A DNA stretch of 64,000 bases from Patescibacteria group bacterium (lineage in GTDB: Bacteria > Patescibacteriota > Minisyncoccia > Minisyncoccales > Staskawiczbacteraceae), in assembly GCA_018895235.1 (NCBI GenBank), contig JAHIOM010000013.1, positions 6,527-70,526 on the forward strand. The letters run 5' to 3'. The notes under the pieces are model-generated. The model did not search any database, had not been told where the DNA came from, and was given only the letters and a program-made list of their open reading frames with translations. Within the stretch, counting starts at the first letter, position 1. Each line of letters starts with the position of its first letter. Made by a program: the position numbers and the translations under genes. Positions 45,368 to 54,994 of the stretch are shown here, piece after piece.

Positions 45368-46605
45368 GGTAGGGGAAACTTTTTACAAAAACTTTTTATC
45401 TTTTTTCTGATTTTGGGGACAGATTTAGAACTAGAAATAACCTCGTTTATCCAACCGGCGATTTGTTTCATTTCTTTTTCCTTCATTCCTCTTGTAGTGA
45501 TAGCCGGAGTACCTATTCTAATACCAGAAGGATTAAACGGCGGATTCGGGTCATAAGGGATAGTGTTTTTATTTATTGTAATTCCTGCTTTTTCCAATCT
45601 ATATTGGGCTTCTTTGCCAGAAATATTTTTATTTCTTAAATCTATTAAGATTAAGTGATTATCAGTGCCGCCAGTAACTAAATTAAAACCATATTTTTTA
45701 AGTTCTTCTGCCAATACCTGGCAGTTTTTTACAATTTGCTTTCCATATCTTTTAAAAGCCGGAGTTGCCGCTTCTTTCAGGCAAACCGCCAAAGCAGCGA
45801 TTTGGTTCTCATGTGGACCGCCTTGCAAGCCAGGGAAAACCGTTTTGTTAATTTTATCCGGCAGATTCGGATCTTTTCTAAAACCCTCTTCTGTAACCAT
45901 TATCATACCCCCTCTAGGCCCCCGTAGGGTTTTATGGGTAGTTGTAGTAACAATATGTACATAAGGAACAGGACTTGGGTGTACGCCAGCAATAACTAAG
46001 CCTGCGATATGAGCGATGTCAGCTGCCAAATATGCGCCAACAGAATCAGCAATATCGCGGAATTTTTTCCAATCAAAAATCCGCGGATAAGCAGTGGCGC
46101 CAACCCAAATCAGTTTTGGTTGGGCTTCTTTAACAAGTTTTTTTATTTCTCCGTAATTAAACATTTGTGTTTTTTTATCTACGCCGTATTGGACTGATTT
46201 GAAAAATTTAGCAGAAAAATTGACTTTCCAACCGTGGGTTAAATGTCCGCCATGTGGCAAAGAAAGCCCCATTATAGTATCTCCTGGTTCGCAAACCGCC
46301 ATATAGACCGCTTGGTTCGCCGGAGAACCGGAATATGGCTGGACATTGGCATGAGGCACTTTAAACAATTTTTTAGCCCTCTCAATACATAAATTTTCAA
46401 TTTTGTCATAATATTCAAGTCCGGCATAATATCTTTTTCCAGGATAACCCTCGGCGTATTTATCGGTAAGAATAGACCCTAGCGCCTCACGAACTGCGGG
46501 GCTCGTGTGATTCTCCGATGGAATCATTTCAAGAGAAGTTTTTTGTCTCTCGGTTTCCAATTCTATTAATTTTGCGATTTGGGAATCTGCTTTTTTGAGT
46601 TTCAT
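45364..46605 (-). CDS. glyA: Serine hydroxymethyltransferase
   Basis: KYAEGYPGKRYY, GGHLTHG, TTTTHKTLRGPRGG. Confidence 0.96.
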   Translation of the reverse strand: MKLKKADSQIAKLIELETERQKTSLEMIPSENHTSPAVREALGSILTDKYAEGYPGKRYYAGLEYYDKIENLCIERAKKLFKVPHANVQPYSGSPANQAVYMAVCEPGDTIMGLSLPHGGHLTHGWKVNFSAKFFKSVQYGVDKKTQMFNYGEIKKLVKEAQPKLIWVGATAYPRIFDWKKFRDIADSVGAYLAADIAHIAGLVIAGVHPSPVPYVHIVTTTTHKTLRGPRGGMIMVTEEGFRKDPNLPDKINKTVFPGLQGGPHENQIAALAVCLKEAATPAFKRYGKQIVKNCQVLAEELKKYGFNLVTGGTDNHLILIDLRNKNISGKEAQYRLEKAGITINKNTIPYDPNPPFNPSGIRIGTPAITTRGMKEKEMKQIAGWINEVISSSKSVPKIRKKIKSFCKKFPLP

Positions 46606-46630
46606 AATTAAATAGTTTACTATTTCTATA

Positions 46631-47206
46631 TTATTTTCTTAATATTTTTAGTTGTTTTTTGGTTAAATCTACGACTTTTGATGGTTTGTTTTTTGGCAAA
46701 TCACCAGCATCTATAGTAAGGTCGGGCCCCACCTTTTGATTTTTGAACTGTTCTAAAACTTCTTTTATTTTTGTCGTTGCCATCCTGCCAGAAATATTGG
46801 CCGATGTTTGGGCGATTGGCTTTTTAAATTTTTCTAAAATAGAATTAAGCACTTCGTAATCTGGCATTCTTATTCCAATTGTGCCTTTTTTGTAAACTAA
46901 CGGTGATAATTTATATGGTTTTTTAGCTTTTAAAATTACGGTTAATTTATTATTTTTCAAAAACCTTTCCTGTTTTTTGTTAATATGAACAATTTTCTTC
47001 GCGGCAACAATATTTTTTACAAAAACAGCTAATGGTTTTGATTTATCCCTTTCTTTTATTTTAAAAATTTTATTAACTGCTTTTTTATTTTCGGCATCGC
47101 AAATTAATCCATAAACAGTATCGGTGGGGAAAATTAAAACTTTTCCACTCTTCAGGCCTTTTAAAATAATTTTAAGATTTTCTTTTTTGGCAGTAATTAT
47201 TTTCAC
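46631..47206 (-). CDS. tsaC: Threonylcarbamoyl-AMP synthase (Sua5/TsaC)
   Basis: FPTDTVYGL, K.R, IGIRMP, TSANISG. Confidence 0.9.
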   Translation of the reverse strand: MKIITAKKENLKIILKGLKSGKVLIFPTDTVYGLICDAENKKAVNKIFKIKERDKSKPLAVFVKNIVAAKKIVHINKKQERFLKNNKLTVILKAKKPYKLSPLVYKKGTIGIRMPDYEVLNSILEKFKKPIAQTSANISGRMATTKIKEVLEQFKNQKVGPDLTIDAGDLPKNKPSKVVDLTKKQLKILRK

Positions 47207-47915
47207 CTTTTAAAAACTTAGAACATTTAATTATATCCCCGGGATTGCCGAAGTCCAACCATCTATCGTCAATTTTGACTACTTTTACTTTTTTATCTTT
47301 AGCTAAAAGAGTAATCACATCGGTAATCTCGTATTCGCCGCGAGGAGACTTCTTGATTTTAGGAAGTTTATCAAAGACCTCGGGAGTAAATTTATACATT
47401 CCTGTGTTGATTAAATTTCCGACATATTTTTTTGGCTTCTCAATAATCTCTTTAAGAAACCCATTATCAGTAATCAGGATGCCGTATTTTTCGGGATTTT
47501 CGTGAACCAAACCCGCCACGTAATTATAATTATCGTCCTTTGTCATCTCTTTTAAATCTCTGACGGAATATAAATTGTCGCCACAAACAAATAAAAACTG
47601 TTTTCCTTTTAGAATATCTTTAGTGCACATTAAAGGGCATGCCGTTCCATATATTTTTTCTTTTGGACCCAAAATATCAAATTGGTTAACAACCGTTGCT
47701 TTATAGCCGTATTCTTTTAAAAACTGTTTCATTAAATCACTGGCGTGGCCAACAACTAGAATAATTTCTTTGTAGCCGGCTTGCAGAAGATTGTCTAAAA
47801 CATACGCTAAAAAAGGTTTTCTATTAACCTTTATCAGATGTTTTGACTTATTTTTTGTAAGGTGCAGCATCCGGGCACCCTGCCCTGCCGCAGCCACAAT
47901 AACTGTTTTAATCAT
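47172..47915 (-). CDS. Sugar-phosphate nucleotidyltransferase
   Basis: AAGQGARM..LT...SKHL, EIIEKP, SPRGEYEITD. Confidence 0.88.
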   Translation of the reverse strand: MIKTVIVAAAGQGARMLHLTKNKSKHLIKVNRKPFLAYVLDNLLQAGYKEIILVVGHASDLMKQFLKEYGYKATVVNQFDILGPKEKIYGTACPLMCTKDILKGKQFLFVCGDNLYSVRDLKEMTKDDNYNYVAGLVHENPEKYGILITDNGFLKEIIEKPKKYVGNLINTGMYKFTPEVFDKLPKIKKSPRGEYEITDVITLLAKDKKVKVVKIDDRWLDFGNPGDIIKCSKFLKGENNYCQKRKS

Positions 47916-47973
47916 AACTATGAGTGAGGAAGAAATAAAAATTAATTTTTATTTAGACCGAACGATTAGTTAT
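47914..47973. repeat. ATAATT-bounded hairpin repeat, copy 7 (variant ends ATAACT/AGTTAT)
   Basis: ATAACTATGAGTGAGGAAG-AAATAAAAATTAATTTTTATTT-AGACCGAACGATTAGTTAT. Confidence 0.65.
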
Positions 47974-47983
47974 ATAAATTACG

Positions 47984-48559
47984 TTAATTTCTATTAACTA
48001 AATTGAATGCCTTTTTATTTAATTCTAAATATTTTATAGGGACGATTTTCTTGATTGCCTTTAAAATTGAATTGGCTTTCAAGGGAATTATTTTTTTAAA
48101 TATACAATATCCCAAAAGATAAACCCCGCTAACCACTCCATTCTGCAATTCTTTTTTGCAAATTTCCGATGCGGGAATTAAGTAAAGGCGCTTTTTTAAT
48201 AGAGATTTTATTTTCTGCTCGATTTTTTCGCGACTAAATCCGCCCCGATAAAGAACATAATCATTATTTACTGCAAAGATGGTTTTTGAGTGAGAAAGGG
48301 GAATTTTTCTTGCACCCTCTTGAGTTTCCAAACTTATTACCAAATCCGCCTTCTTTCCATCAATTAACGGACTGTATATTTTTTTTCCGAACCTGATGTG
48401 GGTTTCAACGCTTCCGCCTCTTTGAGAAAGCCCGTGCAGTTCAGATGTTTTTACATCATAACCTTCCGATAGAGCGGCTTCAGCTAAAATCTGAGTTAAA
48501 GTAATTAACCCCTGACCGCCTACACCGGCAATTATAATATTAAAAGAATTTTTAACCAT
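47984..48559 (-). CDS. iorB: Indolepyruvate:ferredoxin oxidoreductase beta subunit
   Basis: GVGGQG, SELHGLSQRGGSV.THIRFG. Confidence 0.9.
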   Translation of the reverse strand: MVKNSFNIIIAGVGGQGLITLTQILAEAALSEGYDVKTSELHGLSQRGGSVETHIRFGKKIYSPLIDGKKADLVISLETQEGARKIPLSHSKTIFAVNNDYVLYRGGFSREKIEQKIKSLLKKRLYLIPASEICKKELQNGVVSGVYLLGYCIFKKIIPLKANSILKAIKKIVPIKYLELNKKAFNLVNRN

Positions 48560-50183
48560 TTTTTTGTTTTTTAATAAGTAGAGCGCAAATTCTGCGAGCC
48601 ACGATTAAAGAAACTTCTTTTTTATTTAAAAACTCTTTAATGGTACTTTCATATTCTTTAATATTTACCGGGTCTATCACTTTTATATTTTTTACCCCGC
48701 AGGCAACGGCGATTTCTTCTGGTTTTAATATGGCCGTATCTTCACCCATTCCGGTTTTTCCAATACCAGGATTTGTCTGATGACCGGTCATTGCAGTAGT
48801 GCGATTGTCTAAAACAATAATTAAGGGGCTGGATTTATTAAAAACCGTGTTTATTAAAGCGGAGATGCCGGCATGGAAGAACGTTGAATCGCCCATTAAA
48901 GCTATCACTTTTTGCTTTTTTGTCGCTTTCATAATGCCATGTCCTATACCAACAGACGAACCCATTGAGAAAAGATAATCTTGCAAATTAAATTGGGGCA
49001 TCCCGGCCAACATATAGCAGCCGATATCACCGCCAAATATTATGTTTTTTGAAGTTAGTTTTTTAAGTATGGAAAAAGTTAAAAGATGGGGGCATCCCAA
49101 ACAGGGATTGGGATATCTTTTGGGAATTATTTCTTTTACTTCGGGAATTTGATATTTTCTGCCTAAAATTTTTGCTAATGCGAAGGTAATTTTATTAGCG
49201 TTTAATTCACCAATTGGAGACAAAAGGTTTTTCCCGAAAATCTGCAATTTTGGATTAATATCTTTTGCTAAAGCAGTAATTTCTTTCTCAAGATAACCTT
49301 CCAACTCTTCAACCACTAAAACTCTGTTTAACTTTTTAATAAACGGTTGTATTATTTTTTTCGGCAATGGGTAGAAAAACCCGAGTTTTAAAACCGGAAT
49401 ATGAAGATTTAATTCTTTCAATGCCTCCAATGTGTGCAAATAAGAAACACCGGAAGTAATTATTCCAACTTTAGCTGTGTTCCGAACTCCGCTAACTTTA
49501 TTTAGAGGGGATTTTTCGGCAAAATCGCGGATTTTTTCTATCTTTTCTAATAATTCTTTTTTCATTTCTAAAACCCTTGGCGGCATTGTAACAAACTGAT
49601 GCGGGTTTTTTATAAATTCGCCTGTTTTTTGGGTCCCAGTGTTCACCTTTGGGTCTATTACCACTGGCATTCTTTGGTGCGCTACTCTTGTGGTGGTTTT
49701 GACAATAACCGGGAGTTTGAACTTCTCTGAAAGTTTAAAGGCAAACTTGGTAAAATCTTTTGCTTCTTGAGGATCTGCTGGCTCTAATATGGGAATATGA
49801 GCCAAATAAGCAAAAGCCCTAGAATTCTCTTCTGATTGGGCAGAACTCCAGCAAGAAGGATCATCTGCAACTATAATTACCATAGGACCTACTACGCCAG
49901 TGTATAAAAGGGGTATTAAAGAATCTAAACAAACATTTACTCCAAAACTCTTCATCGCTACCAGAGATTTTAAACCAGAAAAACTAGCGCCGATTGCCGC
50001 TTCCAGGGCCACCTTTTCGTTGGTGGAAAATTCGAAATAGACACCGTTCTCTTTTGCTATTTTAGAAAAAACATTTCCGATTTCCGAACTGGGGGTGCCA
50101 GGATAAGCAGAAACAAAATTAACGCCTGCTTCTAAAGCGCCTTGTACGATTGCTTCGTTGCCCAACAAAATCTTTTTTATCAT
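48552..50183 (-). CDS. iorA: Indolepyruvate:ferredoxin oxidoreductase alpha subunit (no C-terminal ferredoxin domain)
   Basis: LLGNEAI, YPGTPSSE, NEKVALE, CLGCPH, DIGCY, GDSTFFH, TTAMTGHQ. Confidence 0.9.
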   Translation of the reverse strand: MIKKILLGNEAIVQGALEAGVNFVSAYPGTPSSEIGNVFSKIAKENGVYFEFSTNEKVALEAAIGASFSGLKSLVAMKSFGVNVCLDSLIPLLYTGVVGPMVIIVADDPSCWSSAQSEENSRAFAYLAHIPILEPADPQEAKDFTKFAFKLSEKFKLPVIVKTTTRVAHQRMPVVIDPKVNTGTQKTGEFIKNPHQFVTMPPRVLEMKKELLEKIEKIRDFAEKSPLNKVSGVRNTAKVGIITSGVSYLHTLEALKELNLHIPVLKLGFFYPLPKKIIQPFIKKLNRVLVVEELEGYLEKEITALAKDINPKLQIFGKNLLSPIGELNANKITFALAKILGRKYQIPEVKEIIPKRYPNPCLGCPHLLTFSILKKLTSKNIIFGGDIGCYMLAGMPQFNLQDYLFSMGSSVGIGHGIMKATKKQKVIALMGDSTFFHAGISALINTVFNKSSPLIIVLDNRTTAMTGHQTNPGIGKTGMGEDTAILKPEEIAVACGVKNIKVIDPVNIKEYESTIKEFLNKKEVSLIVARRICALLIKKQKNG

Positions 50184-52591
50184 ACAACAATATTTATCAA
50201 TTTATTCTTTATAAATACTACTTTTTTTATTTTTTTATCTGCTATCCATTTTTTGATTTTTTCTTGTGATAAAGCTATTTCTTTTGCCTTATTTTCAGAA
50301 ATATCCACTGCAACCTCTATTTTATCACGCACTTTGCCATTTATTTGGATTACCAAAGTTATTTTTTCTTCTTTAATCAGTTTCGGATTATAAACCGGCC
50401 ATTTTTGAAGGTGAACACTCTTTTTAAAACCAGACAGCGACCAAAGTTCTTCTGTAATATGGGAGGCAAAAGGAGCAAATAAAATTAATAATTTTTCAAT
50501 AACATCTTTACCGGTTTTATCTTGGTTACTGGAAACCAAATTAGAAAATTCCATAAAAGCCGCGACTGCCGTGTTAAATTTAGCATTATCTAAATCTTCT
50601 GTAATTTTTTTAATCAGTTTATTAAAAGCAGATTGGATCTCTTTATTTGATTTTTTATTGTTTATACAGGACAAAACTAAATTCCAAAATCTGTCTAAAA
50701 ATCTTCTTACTCCAATTATACCCTTCGTGTCCCAAGCGATCATCTGGTCAAAAGGCCCCATAAACATCTCGTAAAGCCGGAGGCTGTCGGCCCCATATTG
50801 TTTGATAATATCATCTGGATTTATAACATTGCCCCAGGATTTGGACATTTTTCTACTGTCTTGGGCTAAAATAATACCGTGGGAAGTTCTTTTGGCATAG
50901 GGCTCTGACTGCGGAACAACCTTAATATCGTACAAGAACTTATACCAAAAGCGGGAATATAAAAGATGCAAAGTTGTATGTTCCATCCCTCCGTTATACC
51001 AGTCAACCGGTATCCAGTATTTTAGTTTTTTAGGATCAGTTATTTTTTTATCATTTTTGGGATCCAAATAGCGCATAAAATACCAGGAGGATCCAGCCCA
51101 ATTAGGCATTGTGTCTGTCTCTCTTTTAGCCGGTCCTTTGCATTTCGGACATTTTACCTTAATCCAAGAAGAAATAGCAGCTAAGGGCGATTCGCCAGTA
51201 CCTGTTGGCTGATATTTTTTCACAAAAGGAAGCTTAACCGGCAGATCTTTTTCTAACACAGGAACCTGCCCACACTTTTTACAATGGATTATCGGAATCG
51301 GCTCTCCCCAGTAGTGTTGACGCGAGAAAACCCAATCTCTTAATTTGTACTGGATTGTCTTCCGGCCTAATTTTTTCTGTTCCAACCATTGAGTAATTAT
51401 TTTAATTGCTTTTTCTGATGAAAGACCATCAAATTCTCCCGAGTTAATCAAAGCGCCATAATCAGTAAATGCTTCTTTTTTAATATCGCCGCCAGAGACC
51501 ACTTCTTTTATTGCCAGTTCATATTTTTTAGCAAATTGATAATCTCTAGCATCATGCGCCGGCACCATCATTACTGCCCCGCCGCCATAAGCAGCCACAA
51601 CGTAATCTCCAACCCAAATAGGCACTTTTTCGTTATTTAAAGGATTTATACAATAAGCGCCGGTAAATACGCCTGTTTTTTCTAGGTTTATCCTTTCAAA
51701 CTCGCTTTTTTGTTTTGATTGTTTTATATATCTTTTTACTTCTGTTTCTTTTTCTTTTTTTGTAATTTCTTGAACCAAAGGATTTTCTGGGGATATAACG
51801 ACAGCGGTAGCACCGAATATAGTGTCTATTCTGGTAGTAAACACCGTAATCTTTTTATCGGTTTTTTCTAATTTAAAATCAACTTCTGTACCAAAAGATT
51901 TTCCAATCCAATTTATCTGCTGAGCTTTTATCTTTTCCAAATAATTAACCTTATCTAAATCTTTAATCAGCCGATCGGCATATTTTGTAATTTTTAACAT
52001 CCATTGTTCCTTTTCTTTTATTGTTGCCTGTGCTCCACATCTCTCACATTCACCATCTACCACTTCCTCGTTAGCTAAACCGATCTTACAAGATGGACAC
52101 CAGTTAATCGGCATCTTTTTTTTATAGGCCAAGCCATTTTTGAAAAGTTGTAAAAAAATCCATTGGGTCCACTTATAGTATTTTGGGTCAGTGGTGTTTA
52201 TTTCTCTTTCCCAATCAAAAGAAAGGCCTAAACTCTTCATTTGGCGTTTAAAGTTAGCGATATTTTTCTTTACGGTAATTGAGGGGTGAATGCCGGTTTT
52301 AATAGCATAATTTTCTGCCGGTAAGCCAAAAGCGTCCCAGCCCATGGGGTATAAGACATTAAATCCCTGCATTCTTTTTTTCCGGGCAACTGCGTCTAAA
52401 GCGGTATAGCTTCTCACATGGCCGACATGAAGACCATCACCCGAAGGATAAGGAAACTCAACTAAAATATAAAATTTCGGGCCCAGCCTCTTTTGCGAAG
52501 GGGCTGGGTTTTGCGCCCGATAAAAACCTTTCTTTTCCCAAAAATTCTGCCATTTTTTTTCAATTTTCTGGGGGTTATATTTAATGGACAT
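50180..52591 (-). CDS. leuS: Leucine--tRNA ligase
   Basis: FPYPSGDGLHVGH, KMSKS, editing domain; start ATG 52591 (MSIKYNP). Confidence 0.95.
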   Translation of the reverse strand: MSIKYNPQKIEKKWQNFWEKKGFYRAQNPAPSQKRLGPKFYILVEFPYPSGDGLHVGHVRSYTALDAVARKKRMQGFNVLYPMGWDAFGLPAENYAIKTGIHPSITVKKNIANFKRQMKSLGLSFDWEREINTTDPKYYKWTQWIFLQLFKNGLAYKKKMPINWCPSCKIGLANEEVVDGECERCGAQATIKEKEQWMLKITKYADRLIKDLDKVNYLEKIKAQQINWIGKSFGTEVDFKLEKTDKKITVFTTRIDTIFGATAVVISPENPLVQEITKKEKETEVKRYIKQSKQKSEFERINLEKTGVFTGAYCINPLNNEKVPIWVGDYVVAAYGGGAVMMVPAHDARDYQFAKKYELAIKEVVSGGDIKKEAFTDYGALINSGEFDGLSSEKAIKIITQWLEQKKLGRKTIQYKLRDWVFSRQHYWGEPIPIIHCKKCGQVPVLEKDLPVKLPFVKKYQPTGTGESPLAAISSWIKVKCPKCKGPAKRETDTMPNWAGSSWYFMRYLDPKNDKKITDPKKLKYWIPVDWYNGGMEHTTLHLLYSRFWYKFLYDIKVVPQSEPYAKRTSHGIILAQDSRKMSKSWGNVINPDDIIKQYGADSLRLYEMFMGPFDQMIAWDTKGIIGVRRFLDRFWNLVLSCINNKKSNKEIQSAFNKLIKKITEDLDNAKFNTAVAAFMEFSNLVSSNQDKTGKDVIEKLLILFAPFASHITEELWSLSGFKKSVHLQKWPVYNPKLIKEEKITLVIQINGKVRDKIEVAVDISENKAKEIALSQEKIKKWIADKKIKKVVFIKNKLINIVV

Positions 52592-52665
52592 TATATTCAA
52601 ATTTAATATTCTATAATAGCATAAACAGGCTTTTTTAAAAGACCCTTGTTCTTGTTCGTGGAAAA

Positions 52666-53496
52666 CTAAATTCTGAATAATTCTCTTGCGTTTTGAGCAG
52701 TAATTTCCGCCACCTTTTCGTAATCGAGGCTTTTTAGTTCTGCGATTCTTCGAGCAACATATTTTACAAAAATCGGTTCGTTTCTCTCGTTCCCCTCTTG
52801 GGGCGGAGTTAAGTAGGGACAATCTGTTTCAAGTAAAATGCTTTCTAATGGAATTTGTTTTATTATTTCATCTAGATTTAGTTTAAAAATAATGCCGTTT
52901 AACCCGATATAAAAACCCATATCAACATATTTTTTAGCATCTTCTAGGGTGCCTGTAAAACAATGGATAACACCCCTAACATCTTTGTTTTTTTCTAAAA
53001 TAGCTATCAAATCCTGATGAGCCATCCGACAATGGAAAATAACTGGCAGTTTCAGTTCTTTTGCCAAATTTAATTGTTTTATAAAAAATTCTTTTTGCCG
53101 TGCTTTAAATAATTCTAATTTTGTTTTTGTTTTAGGCCGATAATAATAATCCAAACCAATCTCGCCTATAGCAACAACCCTCTGGCTATCGCTCAGGGCC
53201 AGCTTTTTGTATTTATCAATATCAAGGCTATCTTTGTTCGTTTCATCGCCCTCCTGTTCATTGGTGTCTTTTTTTATCTTGAAAAAATCACCGGCCAGGT
53301 GAATTGGATGCAATCCAATCGCGGCATAAACTCCTTGCTCATATTTTCTTGCGATATCAATTGCCAGCTTGCTATTGTCATAATTTGAACCAACATTAAT
53401 AACCCAAACATTTTCTTTTTGGGTTTTTTTAACAACTTCATCTAAATCGTCTTTGTAAGCAGAGAAATTAAGATGGGCGTGGGTATCGAAAAGCAT
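52666..53496 (-). CDS. tatD: TatD family hydrolase
   Basis: DTHAHL, GLHP, GEIGLD, HCR, HCF, ETDCP. Confidence 0.93.
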   Translation of the reverse strand: MLFDTHAHLNFSAYKDDLDEVVKKTQKENVWVINVGSNYDNSKLAIDIARKYEQGVYAAIGLHPIHLAGDFFKIKKDTNEQEGDETNKDSLDIDKYKKLALSDSQRVVAIGEIGLDYYYRPKTKTKLELFKARQKEFFIKQLNLAKELKLPVIFHCRMAHQDLIAILEKNKDVRGVIHCFTGTLEDAKKYVDMGFYIGLNGIIFKLNLDEIIKQIPLESILLETDCPYLTPPQEGNERNEPIFVKYVARRIAELKSLDYEKVAEITAQNARELFRI

Positions 53497-53576
53497 TTTT
53501 TTATCTTATCAGATTTCTTGGCAATGAAAAAGGCGCAACTTTCGTTGTGCCCTTATTATTAGAACATTTAATCCGG

Positions 53577-53837
53577 CTATTCATCGGAATGTTTTTGAGG
53601 ATCTTGTGATCCATCTTTCTTTTCTGCCAAAGAGTTGACTTTTTCTGGCTGACTCTGTTGAGCAGTAGCTTGTTTCTCCCGCTTAATTGCTTCCCACACT
53701 TCCTTGCGGTGAACGGGGATGTGCGGTGGACAATTAATGCCAAGCCGAACTTTTTCACCCCGAATATCGACAATGGTAATCTCGATATCGTCGCCGATCA
53801 TAATTGTTTGGTCACGTTGACGGGACAGTACTAACAT
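53577..53837 (-). CDS. csrA: Carbon storage regulator CsrA
   Basis: MLVLSR...IMIGDDIEITIVDIRGEKVRLGI..P..IPVHRKEV. Confidence 0.93.
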   Translation of the reverse strand: MLVLSRQRDQTIMIGDDIEITIVDIRGEKVRLGINCPPHIPVHRKEVWEAIKREKQATAQQSQPEKVNSLAEKKDGSQDPQKHSDE

Positions 53838-53840
53838 GTT

Positions 53841-54269
53841 TCACCTCTTACTTTCTGTTTGTTTTATTATTGTTAATGCTTCCCGAACATAATTACATAA
53901 TTTTTCCATTCGAAACGGCTTAAAAATATACTGCCAAGCACCAAGCGATTCTCCATATACTTTATGCCGTAAACCAGGATTGCCGGTAATTACGATAATA
54001 ATGGGTGGTGCTGTTTTGTTTGCCCCTTTGCCCGTAATTCTGAAAATTTTTTCCATTACTAAAAAACCAGATCTTTTGGGCAACATAATATCAAGAATAA
54101 TAATGGCGGGAAAATGCTTCTCAAACTCGTCTATTGCTTCATTCCCATCATAGGCCTTGATTGTAGTGATGTGAGAAAATTCACTACTAATAAACGTACA
54201 AATTGCCTCTGTAATATCTCTGTCGTCATCAACTACTAAAATTTTATCAACGTCAAACAGGTTTTCCAT
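53841..54269 (-). CDS. Single-domain response regulator receiver
   Basis: ILVVDDD, IILDIMLP, VITG, KPF. Confidence 0.9.
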   Translation of the reverse strand: MENLFDVDKILVVDDDRDITEAICTFISSEFSHITTIKAYDGNEAIDEFEKHFPAIIILDIMLPKRSGFLVMEKIFRITGKGANKTAPPIIIVITGNPGLRHKVYGESLGAWQYIFKPFRMEKLCNYVREALTIIKQTESKR

Positions 54270-54277
54270 TGGTCTTA

Positions 54278-54340
54278 CCTCCTCGTGAGTTTTTATTAAC
54301 GAACCGATTCCACTATACGGGGGAAGAGGTATTTTGTCAA
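54278..54340 (-). promoter_or_regulatory. Sigma70 promoter, boxA-like motif and SD of the RR-csrA operon
   Basis: TTGACA, 17 nt, TATAGT; then GGTTCGTTAATAA; then GAGGAGGT. Confidence 0.7.
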
Positions 54341-54385
54341 ATCTTTACTCTAAATAATATTGTTTATAAAAGATAGGAAGTTAAA

Positions 54386-54417
54386 AAAAAGCGCAATAGA
54401 TTTCTATTGCGCTTTTT
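54386..54417. terminator. Intrinsic terminator
   Basis: AAAAAGCGCAATAGA-tt-TCTATTGCGCTTTTT. Confidence 0.8.
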
Positions 54418-54440
54418 GTGGCTCCTCTCTTGTCTCCCTA

Positions 54441-54947
54441 TCACGCTCCTGCTAATTCCCTGTCTTTTTTCTTGCTGATGTTACAAACACCAATCCAGAG
54501 AAGTTTAATAACCGATGCAACGAAGGCGAAACCTATGGCAAGAAAGAACCAATTGAAGTTCCCATTAAATTGCCTAAGGTCTCCAGATACCACCATTTTT
54601 TTGATAACTGAAGGTATCTTAACCATCTCCCCATAGCTGCATTGGACAACATGGGCAGATTGATTTGCTGCATCAGAACTAAACCAACTCATTAAGGCAT
54701 CGCCGCCGGCAAAGATGAAAATAACTGCCAACGGAGCAAGTAAAGGAATGGACAATATCCGAATGCCATTCCTCCACATTTTCTTTTCCGGTATTAACAC
54801 TAAAGTAATTGCAAATACCGAAAAAGTCCATGAGAGAGCAACAAAAATCATTCGGGCGCTTTCCACTTTCTCTGGGACCAAAAGAACAGCAGGAACCAGA
54901 AAAACTAATGCTAGAATTACATGTATTCTCTTCCAATCTTTTTTCAT
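54441..54947 (-). CDS. Hypothetical multi-pass membrane protein
   Basis: About four hydrophobic segments; SD AAGGAG. Confidence 0.65.
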   Translation of the reverse strand: MKKDWKRIHVILALVFLVPAVLLVPEKVESARMIFVALSWTFSVFAITLVLIPEKKMWRNGIRILSIPLLAPLAVIFIFAGGDALMSWFSSDAANQSAHVVQCSYGEMVKIPSVIKKMVVSGDLRQFNGNFNWFFLAIGFAFVASVIKLLWIGVCNISKKKDRELAGA

Positions 54948-54994
54948 AACAATCTCCTTATAAACAGAGCGGGTCTTAAGCTAAATTCTGTTTT

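Noticed and set aside
52592-52822. N-terminal extension of LeuS in the ORF track
   Set aside because: It overlaps tatD; LeuS homology starts at MSIKYNP (52591). Similar over-extended starts were trimmed for the GT2, pth, dprA, MazG-like and DGR target genes.
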